A stretch of DNA of 63,518 nucleotides, the filler included, from Octopus bimaculoides (lineage: Eukaryota), in the NCBI RefSeq assembly GCF_001194135.2. It is 6 parts of 5 records of this genome, joined end to end, with 100 filler letters (N's around TTAATTAATTAA, not from the genome) between each part and the next. Parts side by side here need not be neighbours in the genome. Positions count along the whole stretch, not along the records: positions 49,219 to 60,195 come from NC_069006.1; positions 60,296 to 62,413 come from NC_068983.1; positions 62,514 to 63,518 come from NC_068982.1; 3 more parts are not named here. The stretch is one strand, 5' to 3'. The notes beneath the pieces were generated by a model. It made no database searches. It was not told where the DNA came from and was given only the letters and a program-made list of their open reading frames with translations. Made by a program: the position numbers and the translations under genes. Position 1 is the first letter of the stretch. Each line of letters starts with the position of its first letter. Shown piece by piece: positions 54,205-63,518 of the stretch.

Positions 54205-54596
54205 GGAGGTGCAATGGCCCAGTGGTTAGGGCAGCGGACTCGCTGTCATAGGATCGCGGTTTCGATTCTCAAACCGGGCGTTGTTAGTGTTTATTGAGCG
54301 AAAACACCTAAAGCCCCACGAGACTCCGGCAGGGGATGGTGGCGAACCCTGCTGTACTCTTTCACCACAACTTTCTCTCACTCTTACTTCCTGTTTCTGT
54401 TGTACCTGTAATTCAAAGGGTCAGCCTTGTCACACTCTGTGTCACGCTGAATATCCCCGAGAACTACGTTAAGGGTACACGTGTCTGTGGAGTGCTCAGC
54501 CACTTGCACGTTAATTTCACGAGCAGGCCGTTCCGTTGATCGGATCAGTTGGAACCCTCTACGTCGTAAGCGACGGAGTGCCAACACACACACACA
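54205..54596 (+). mobile_element. tRNA-headed SINE family 3, full length
   Basis: Colinear with 42204-42588. 12-bp TSD CAGACATAATGT (54193-54204, 54597-54608). Confidence 0.9.
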
Positions 54597-54970
54597 CAGA
54601 CATAATGTATCAAGGGTTACATAATTAAATTGCCGATATTCTGAGTTCAAATCCTACCGAGATTGACTTAGCCTTTCATCCTTTCGGTGTCGATAAAATA
54701 CAGTATCAGTCAAGTAATGGAGTTGATGTAATCCACAAGCCTCTCTAAACAAATTTCGGACTTTTCAAAGAAGCATGAATTGTTATTTTCTTCATTTACT
54801 TTTTGTAAATAGAGTGAATGGACCATATATAGATAGACCGACTTGTTGGAATTAGTACTCAGAGAATTCGAAATGAAAACATGAAATGTCTGGGCTGATA
54901 TTTGGGTATTTAATATATTTTTTCATCTATTCAATTCTTTATTCATTTATTTATAATATTTTCGCCGACA

Positions 54971-55220
54971 GTGGAGGCGTGTGGCTGAGTGGTTAGGGTG
55001 TCAGCATCATGATCGTAAGATTGTGGTTTCGATTCCTGGACCGGGCAACGCGTTGTGTTCTTGAGCAAAACACTTCATTTCACATTGCTCCAGTCCACTC
55101 AGCTGACAAAAATGAGTAATGCTGCGATGGACTGGCGTCTCGTCCAGCTGGGGAACACATACGCCATAGAAACCGGGGAAACCGGGCCCATAAGCCTGTC
55201 TAGGCTTTAAAAAGGCGTAT
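54971..55220 (+). mobile_element. tRNA-headed SINE family 4
   Basis: TGGCTGAGTGG A-box, GTTTCGATTCC B-box and GCGATGGACTGGCGTC core; partial minus copy at about 43905-44080. Confidence 0.75.
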
Positions 55221-56418
55221 TTATTTTTTTATTATCTTCGCCTACACAGTGTTTCAGTTGTGCAACATTAGTCGTTTGAGTACAACATGACGATATATAT
55301 TCACGGGGCAATGACCTGTTTAGTAGAAAAAGTAGAACAAGACAAAAGGTATTACACGAGAGAGAGAGAAAGGGAAGAGAAAGAGAGAGAGAAAGGGAAG
55401 AGAGAGAGAGAGAGAGAGTGACTAAGCCAGATAGACATATAGAGATATGCATGAGTAACGCAAAACAATATGAACTCGTAAGAATCACATTCGACAGAGT
55501 AATCCGAACGCTAGAGTTAATGGGAGAGCGTAATATGAGATTTGGCTGCTATTACTAAATGGCGCCCATGTTGATTTCTATCAACTTTTATTGTAGATAT
55601 CACACGCAATGTAATGGTTAATGTGTCGCGTGGATATCTGATAGATAAATATAATCTTTGCTGTAATACTGGTTTGAAATGTTGGCACAAGACCAGCAAT
55701 ATTCGAGGAGGGGTTAAGTCGAGTACATCGACCCCATTACTCCACAGGTACTTATTCTATCAACCCGAACGGGACGAAAGGCAAACTCGACCTCGGTGGA
55801 ATGTTTGCTGTTATATTAGGAAGAGATAAGGCGGCGAATTAGCAGAATTGTTAGCACACCGGCAAAATGCCTTGCGGCATCTCGTCCATCATTATGTCCT
55901 GAGTTCAAATTCCGCTGGGGAAGACTTTGCTTTCATCCTGTTGGAGTCAATGAAATAAGTGCCAGTAATCAGCTTCCCATTCTCTCAAACCTGCCGCCCT
56001 TGTGCAAAATTTTGAAACCGATATTATGAACACAGATCCGAGTGTATTGAATGGGAAGGAAACTTGCTGCCGAACCGGCCAAAGCCTTATGAGTGGATTT
56101 GACAGAAGGAAATTAATAGAAGACTATCGTACAAATATAAATATGTATATACATATATATGTGTATGTATATATATATATATATNNNNNNNNNNNNNNNN
56201 NNNNNNNNNNNNNNNNNNNNNNNNNNNNNNNNNNNNNNNNNNNNNNNNNNNNNNNNNNNNNNNNNNNNNNNNNNNNNNNNNNNNNNNNNNNNNNNNNNNN
56301 NNNNNNNNNNNNNNNNNNNNNNNNNNNNNNNNNNNNNNNNNNNNNNNNNNNNNNNNNNNNNNNNNNNNNNNNNNNNNNNNNNNNNNNNNNNNNNATATAT
56401 ATATATATATATATATAT

Positions 56419-57348
56419 ACTAGCTGACGTACCCGGTAATTCCCGGGATAGCGGAGGCTTATCCCTTGGTTCCGTTCTCATATTTGTTTCGCTAATCTAG
56501 TAGCAACAATACAAAGTATGTAGCCCTTAAAACGGTTTTTGTGCATTTACAGAGAATACCAAGTGTCTTACGTAGGATCTCGTTCTTAGGAATTCCCAAT
56601 AAGTTATGAATACCCAAATTGTGAAGTCAGTTATGTAACAATATGAAATTAATTACCCGCTAGTAAGAATTCAAATAAAGTTGCCCCGAAAAGGGCTTTA
56701 ATGCGTTCCCAGGGTATATAGAACTTAGGAAGAAATACTAATAAGGTATGTATGCTAAAATCGTGAAGCATGCTATTTAATAATAGGCTAGTCAGATATG
56801 AAATAATAACAATTCAAAGTAAATAACTCTGAAAAGGGCTTTTGTGCGTTCCAGGAGAATATTACCCTCAGCGGCGCTAGTATTGGTATGTTCGGGAATA
56901 AGTCACTAACCGAAATAAGTTGATCTATTTCTTAGGAAAATACTATTTACTTGTTTAATCGTTATACTGGATAAATTGCGAAAATAACTCCAATAGTTCA
57001 AATACTAAGAAATAAGCATACTCAATTTGATTTATACCAAATAATTTACAAAGATGAATGGGTTATTTCCCTTAGCTATATATAAGGATCTCTACCAGGA
57101 GCGAATGGGTTATTTCCTTTGGATGTTTAAAAATGATATATTAGTGATATGAAGTGGATATAAGAATCCCTTCCAGGGACGCTATTATCGATTTTTTCCA
57201 CAATCTAAGTATGTCACTAGGTTTCCAGATATGAGTTCTACTCACGTGTCAAGTTTCATCGAAATTGATAAAACGATGTAGGAGGAGTTAGCTAACAACT
57301 CCGCAAACAAACACACTCACAGACAGAATTTTCCTCATATGTAGTAAA
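56419..57348 (+). mobile_element. Non-autonomous Helentron/HINE (DINE-1/Lep1-like) rolling-circle element
   Basis: Starts ACTAGC with a subterminal CCCGG-TAATT-C-CCGGG hairpin and has internal decayed tandem repeats (GAAAAGGGCTTT..TGCGTTCC x2). The 3' block is AAGTTTCATCGAAAT...ACAAACACACTCACAGACAG...TAGTA, and the element sits in (TA)n. Confidence 0.5.
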
Positions 57349-57421
57349 TATATATATATAACTACACCATATATATATATATATATATAACTACGTGTAT
57401 GTATATATTATAGATGTATGT

Positions 57422-57505
<84 letters not shown>

Positions 57506-57714
57506 GTATGTATGTATCTATGTGTGTCTTTATTTTGTGTTTACTCTCACCACCACATGATGATCAGCGATGGTTTGTTAACGACCCCATAACTTAACGG
57601 TTCGGGCATGAGAGTGCGATAGAACAAGAACGAAGTTTAAACATAAGTACTGGGATTAATTTGTTTGACTAAGAGCAGAAAGATCTTTAACACACATAAT
57701 TTAAGGGTCTCTTT

Positions 57715-58162
57715 CAGTTGTGTACCCAATGTTAATAAACAATAACTTAGCTCTCCTAAACCACGGACAGAAGCAGATTGTTCACGCAGGATTAGAAAAG
57801 AATGCCCAGTAGACGGCCGATGTAACACCGAGTAAAGGTAGCCCCCAAACAGGAGTAGCACAAATAACAGTAACATCAATGCCAACACAGGGACACACAC
57901 TAAAATTTATGTCGGGTCTTGTGAATCCAAATTTAAAATTCGCCGGAACAACCACAGATCTTCTTTCATGGTGCCGGAGATACGCAATACAAGAACACTC
58001 GCAGCATACGTATCGCGCCTAAAGGACGATCATATGCCCTTTAACATCAGGTGGAAATTATTAGAAAGTTGTGCTCCCTATCGCAATGGAAGATGGCTAT
58101 GTAAATTGTGTATGAGAGAAAGATATGCAATCCTTGTGAACTCACATGAGCCAGGAGGCTAC
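57715..58162 (+). mobile_element. Penelope-like element (Naiad/Chlamys-type) GIY-YIG endonuclease remnant
   Basis: CSRRIRKECPVDGRC...IYVGSCESKFKIRRNNHRSSF...RTLAAYVSRLK...NIRWKLL...CKLCMRER; truncated by a gap. Confidence 0.85.
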
Positions 58163-58836
58163 NNNNNNNNNNNNNNNNNNNNNNNNNNNNNNNNNNNNNN
58201 NNNNNNNNNNNNNNNNNNNNNNNNNNNNNNNNNNNNNNNNNNNNNNNNNNNNNNNNNNNNNNNNNNNNNNNNNNNNNNNNNNNNNNNNNNNNNNNNNNNN
58301 NNNNNNNNNNNNNNNNNNNNNNNNNNNNNNNNNNNNNNNNNNNNNNNNNNNNNNNNNNNNNNNNNNNNNNNNNNNNNNNNNNNNNNNNNNNNNNNNNNNN
58401 NNNNNNNNNNNNNNNNNNNNNNNNNNNNNNNNNNNNNNNNNNNNNNNNNNNNNNNNNNNNNNNNNNNNNNNNNNNNNNNNNNNNNNNNNNNNNNNNNNNN
58501 NNNNNNNNNNNNNNNNNNNNNNNNNNNNNNNNNNNNNNNNNNGTTTATATCTCTTTGATTCTTTAGATGTGCTGGCCTCCTGATAGTTGATCGATATTAA
58601 TTAATATATGATTAATTACCAGATTTTATAATAATATTTTACCCATTACCCATGTTCTCATACTGAATATATACGACGCAGTAAATATTTTCTGCAGATA
58701 TATTCCTGGAATTAGCGCGCCAAAACGAAGACTTTTGAATTTTACCATTAAGCTGTAATTAGCAGAACCATATACACGCACACCCATGGCGGTGGGCAAC
58801 TCTGTATACGATTCTGATGATTGCGGTTACATTACA

Positions 58837-58898
58837 AATCAGGCTGAAGAGGAATGGACAATCGGTAAGATTGTTAAATTCGAAACCGGTTCTTGTTT
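58837..58898 (+). ncRNA. Type I hammerhead ribozyme (minimal, palindromic stem III)
   Basis: Stem I CAGG/CTTG; core CTGAAGA 58844-58850; stem II GAAT..ACAATC-GGTAA-GATTGT..ATTC; GAA 58882-58884; stem III ACCGGT; predicted site GUU after 58891. Confidence 0.65.
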
Positions 58899-59059
58899 AA
58901 GAATGCTTTTTTATGTAATTTTAAATGTCTTGCCCGCTCGCGTTTTGGTATGCTGCTATATTTCATGTTAAGAACAATATAGGTCTGAATAGACACAAGA
59001 TGTGATCTATTTCTAGCACATTAATTGTCCACGTTAGTGGTCAACGTTATTTTTTAAAA

Positions 59060-59090
<31 letters not shown>

Positions 59091-59129
59091 CACGCAAATA
59101 TATGTATATCTATAAACATATATCTATGT

Positions 59130-59181
<52 letters not shown>

Positions 59182-60156
59182 ACACATATATATATATATA
59201 TATGTATGTATACATTACATATAGGCGTAGGCATTGTTTTGAGGTAAGAAGTTTACTTCACAATCACATTATTCCGGGTTTGTCCCTTGGGCAAATGTCT
59301 TCTGCTATAGACTCGCACTGACCAAGGCCTTGTGAGCGAATCTGATAGACGGAAACTGAGAGAAGCCCGTCGTATATTGTATATGTATATATACGTATGT
59401 ATGAACACTCACACCCACATATATATTTATATATATATATATATTGATATGTGTGTGCGCATGATAATATATAGTGTATGTGTATGTGTATATATGTATA
59501 TGTCTCTGTGCGTGTGTGCGTGTGTACGTCTGTGTGTGTGTGTGTGTGTGTGTTGCTAGAGTAACTGTTATGTTCAAAGTATAGTATGTATACCCGTGCT
59601 TCTTTACTAAACAAAGTAGGTTAACCTTTCGATGCACTAAATTGCATCATAACTTGTATGAGTATGGCTGTGGAGACTGTGGGAGGGGGTGGTTGATAAC
59701 AGTGGTGAGAGGAGTGGCGATACTGGTTTATCGTGCCAATGGGAATGACAGCATGGGAAAAGAAGGGGAGGAGCAATTTACCACAGAAGCCAGAAAGGCA
59801 AGAGCAATGAGAGAGTTAAACATTGATAAACACAGAGGGAGGGGGAGGACGAGAGGGAGATAAAAGAGAGTAAGAGAGAGAAAGAGAGGTGTAAAGAGAT
59901 ATAAAGAGAGTGAGTGAGGTAATAGATATTTCGGCTTTGCATTATTTATTTAGTGTAATGATCCGCGAAAATTGATGGTAACGATGGATATATTCGGATT
60001 AACAGAGATTGGTACGACTTTCGTACTTGGAGTCTTGCTTCTCACCACTGTTTACCTGTAAGTATTACGCTGCAAATCAAAATTACAATCTATATCCTTA
60101 TGTACACACACACACATATCAATGTATGTATATGCATATGTAAGTATATGTGTGTT

Positions 60157-60195
<39 letters not shown>

Positions 60196-60295
60196 NNNNN
60201 NNNNNNNNNNNNNNNNNNNNNNNNNNNNNNNNNNNNNNNTTAATTAATTAANNNNNNNNNNNNNNNNNNNNNNNNNNNNNNNNNNNNNNNNNNNN
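60196..60295. other. Artificial scaffold linker
   Basis: TTAATTAATTAA at 60240-60251 within N runs. Confidence 0.95.
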
Positions 60296-60388
60296 TATGT
60301 ATGTATGTATGTATGTATGTGTGCGTGCGTGCGTGCATGCATGTATGTATGTATGTGTGTATGTATGTATGTATGTATGTATGTATGT

Positions 60389-60443
<55 letters not shown>

Positions 60444-60928
60444 TTCCAACGCACTTTTAATATATATGTGTGTATGCATGTTATGTTATGTATGTATGTA
60501 TGTATGTATGTGTGCGTGCGTGCGTGCATGCATGTATGTATGTATGTGTGTATGTATGTATGTATGTATGTATGTATGTATGCACGTGTGTATGTAGAAA
60601 ATGTTAAGAGAGGATAAAAAACAATAACACAAATTCTGCAGAACCGAACGCATAAATATTATTATAAGTGTGATGTGAACAACAAGTTCACCACACACGA
60701 ACTACGTCTTATGGGAAAATAGCAGACTAACATGTCGGAAGTTTCTATACTCCAGGATTCCTAAAAAGCATTTTATAAGACTTCGAAAGAAAACTTCATA
60801 TCTAAGACGTCAACATCCATCAACTATGATTAACCACAAATTTACTTTAAATCCCAAAGCTATATGACAGAGGGAGTACATCGCCGTTACGGCAGGTAAT
60901 GCACCATTTAGTTTTTTAAATATGTAAT

Positions 60929-61307
60929 GCGGGTGTGGTTGTGTGGTAAGAAGCTTGCTTTCCAATTACATGATTCCGGGTTCAGTTTTGCTGTGTGGCA
61001 ACTTGGGCAAGTACTTTCTACTATAACCACTGGCCGACTAAAGCCTTGTAAATAGATTTGGTAAATGGAAACTGAAACAAGCTCGTCGCATATATGTGTG
61101 TGTGTCCTCCACTACCACATGACAACCGGTGTTGGTGTGTTTACATCCTCTTAACTTAGCGGTTCGGCAAAAGAAACTGATAGAAGAGACCAGACTTTAA
61201 AAAAATAAGTTCTGATGTCGATTCATTCGACTAATAATGCTTCAAGGCGGTGCCCTAACATGGCTGCAGTCTAGTGACGAAAACAAGTAAAGGATGAAAG
61301 ATGAAAG
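60929..61307 (+). mobile_element. tRNA-headed SINE family 1, diverged full length
   Basis: Colinear with 47301-47696. Further 5' fragments at about 51503-51660 and 59222-59400. Confidence 0.82.
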
Positions 61308-62208
61308 AATGCAAAGAAGGATTTCAGTTACAATGCCTTATACTTGAATGCAATGAGAAAGGAACTCTGTGCTAACATGAGCAGTAAAGCATATCTCTCT
61401 TGGTATCTAATAGTGATGAGAACTAATAAGTTTGAAATGCATCCATCGGTCCAATAGAGAATGCTCTGAGCTGAGTTCGGTGTTCGGTCGCTATTACTTT
61501 TTCTTTTGACTCTATAGAGAATTCTCTTTCTCCATTACAAGCAGCAGTGAAAAGCCTTTGCACGTTCAAATATCTCTCAAACATATTTGAACTGCTTTTT
61601 AAGTTTGTATTCTTTCCGTCACTCACACAATCTTTAACAGTGTCACCACACACACCACTATACGAGCAGCCACACATTATGTTTAACTCAGTACACACAC
61701 CACACACCATCATGCATATTCCTAAACCCACGCCAACACGAGCACATATCTGAACACAGACAGTATATATACACACACACATAAGCAACCGGCATAAACA
61801 CACGCAACACGCATAGATAAAGATAATTTTTGCCCACAAACATGCACTATACACACGCACACTATTTGGTCACAGACTCACACACGCACACATACACATG
61901 TGCACACACCACCTGAACAAGCACACGTCAACTGCAACAGGCAACACACACACACACGTTAGACTCACTTGCCCCCATTCACACATACACACTCACACAC
62001 CATTCTCACAAACACACATACGCTGGCGCACCTTAGTTCCCTGGGGTTACCATTAACTTTGCCTTTATCATTATTATTATTATTATCTCCCTTTCATTCA
62101 ACCTCTTTTTTCTAGTCATCTTGTCTTGTTTGCCCGTTGAACTCTGCACATTTTTCTCTCTCCGTTTTTTTTCTCATTCTCTCTCTATTTTTCTCCTCTT
62201 AACCTTTT

Positions 62209-62240
62209 CTGTCGAAGAACGTATGCTCGAAACGTAAAGA
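62209..62240 (+). ncRNA. Minimal type I hammerhead-like motif with variant core (CUGUCGA)
   Basis: CTGTCGA-A-GAAC-GTAT-GCTC-GAA-ACGT-A-AAGA; homologous to 16108, with stem I TTTT/AAGA and a GUA triplet. Confidence 0.45.
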
Positions 62241-62413
62241 CTTTTCCATTTTTTCGGAGTGTTAAATTAATACACCGGCTTGTTGTTGCTACACCTGTCA
62301 TCGTCTTTTGTTTTCTGTAAATTTGAACTATATATATATATATATGTATGTATATATATATGCATGTACATATATAGAGAGAGAGAGAGGAGAAGGGAGA
62401 GAGAGGAGAAGGG

Positions 62414-62513
62414 NNNNNNNNNNNNNNNNNNNNNNNNNNNNNNNNNNNNNNNNNNNNTTAATTAATTAANNNNNNNNNNNNNNNNNNNNNNNNNNNNNNN
62501 NNNNNNNNNNNNN
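62414..62513. other. Artificial scaffold linker
   Basis: TTAATTAATTAA at 62458-62469 within N runs. Confidence 0.95.
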
Positions 62514-62609
62514 ACATACATACATACATACATACATATATGCATATACAAACATGCACTAACTCGCACATATATATATATATATACATATATATACAAT
62601 ACAAATAGT

Positions 62610-63333
62610 AATATTTCTAAGTCTCTCTAAAGGAGAGTACGGCAGAGGTACTGAATATTAATAGTTATCGCCAAGCTAACATGGCAAGCCAGAAAAATAG
62701 AACGAATACTGCCGTTGATTTGCTTCAAGAGGCCATCACCTCTAGCCAGCTATGTGACACACGAACCTGGGTCCATTATAACCTTCGAACAGAGGAGGTC
62801 AGCCGCTTCCTCTTGCTGGTCTGGCATCTACAGACTAGTTTCAGAGTATTTGCCCCTTATCAATGTAGAGCAGCCGAACCGAACAGGCGTCGCTACTGAC
62901 CGTCTGTTCGAAGGATTATTTACCTAAATTCAGTGGAATGCATCTACTGGTTTTCAAAAATAGAAATATTAATATTTCTAAGTCTCTCTAAGGAGACTAC
63001 GGCAGCGGTACTGGATATTAATAGTTATCGCCAAGCTAACATGGCAGGCCAGAAAAATAGGACGAATACTGCCGTTGATTAGGCCCAAGAGGCCATCGCC
63101 AATATTTCTGTTTTTGAAAACCAGTGGATGCATTCCACTGAATTTAGGTAAATAATCCTTCGAACAGACGGTCAGCAGTGACGCCTTCTCGGTTCGGCTG
63201 CTCTACATTGATAAGGGGCAAATACCTTGAAACTAGTCTGTAGATGCCAGACCAGCAAGGGGAAGCGGCTGGCCTCCCCTGTTCGAAGGTTATAATGGAC
63301 ATAGGTTCGTGCGTCACATAGTCAGCTAGAGGT
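62610..63333. repeat. Composite A-B-A'-B'(inverted) repeat
   Basis: A (62610-62740) and A' (62971-63100) are direct repeats. B (62738-62970) and B' (63101-63333) are inverted repeats. Each pair is about 92-93% identical by eye. Confidence 0.92.
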
Positions 63334-63366
63334 CATTGAAAATTCCTGACACAGGAATTTTCAATG
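63334..63366. repeat. Perfect 15-bp hairpin with 3-nt loop
   Basis: CATTGAAAATTCCTG-ACA-CAGGAATTTTCAATG. Confidence 0.92.
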
Positions 63367-63438
63367 GCCGGATAACTGAAGAGATATTGGCGTGGGTTCC
63401 CATTCCGGCATCCGAAACTCGGAGTTTTATCATGGCTA
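63365..63438 (+). ncRNA. Type I hammerhead ribozyme
   Basis: Stem I TGGCCGGATAA / TTATCATGGCTA; core CTGAAGA 63376-63382; long stem II 63383-63413; GAA 63414-63416; stem III ACTC-G-GAGT; predicted site GUU after 63426. Confidence 0.72.
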
Positions 63439-63518
63439 CCGAATAAGTGTCACATATCTTTATATATATATATATACATTGTGTGTGTGTGTATCCAGGG
63501 ATTTGCATATAATATCTC

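Overview
Repeat-saturated, AT-rich animal genomic DNA with many N gaps. The microsatellite load and SINE families look like an octopus/cephalopod draft assembly (inference). No intact protein-coding gene or credible exon chain is supported, and most listed ORFs are microsatellite or N-run artefacts. Recognisable content: many tRNA-headed SINEs (several with clear TSDs); a decayed Buster/Charlie hAT transposon with TIRs, plus hAT and Tc1 MITEs; two mariner remnants; fragments of R4/Dong, CR1/L2, RTE and L1/Tx1-like LINEs; two Penelope-like GIY-YIG endonuclease remnants; a Helentron/HINE-like element; a 17-bp minisatellite; an interstitial TTAGGG tract; and five artificial 100-bp scaffold linkers (N44-TTAATTAATTAA-N44). 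The main signal is a recurring set of type I hammerhead ribozyme (HHR) motifs. Two are nearly complete (58837-58898, 63365-63438), two share a CUG-U-NGA variant core (16108, 62209), and two are degenerate cores at the centre of long palindromes (13640-13766, 40417-40506). The 63.4-kb HHR directly follows an unexplained A-B-A'-B'(inverted)-hairpin structure. Weak hints of decayed fucosyltransferase-, FkbM methyltransferase- and LRR-like genes are flagged as low-confidence inference. All alignments and folds were done by eye, and element boundaries without TSD/TIR support are approximate.
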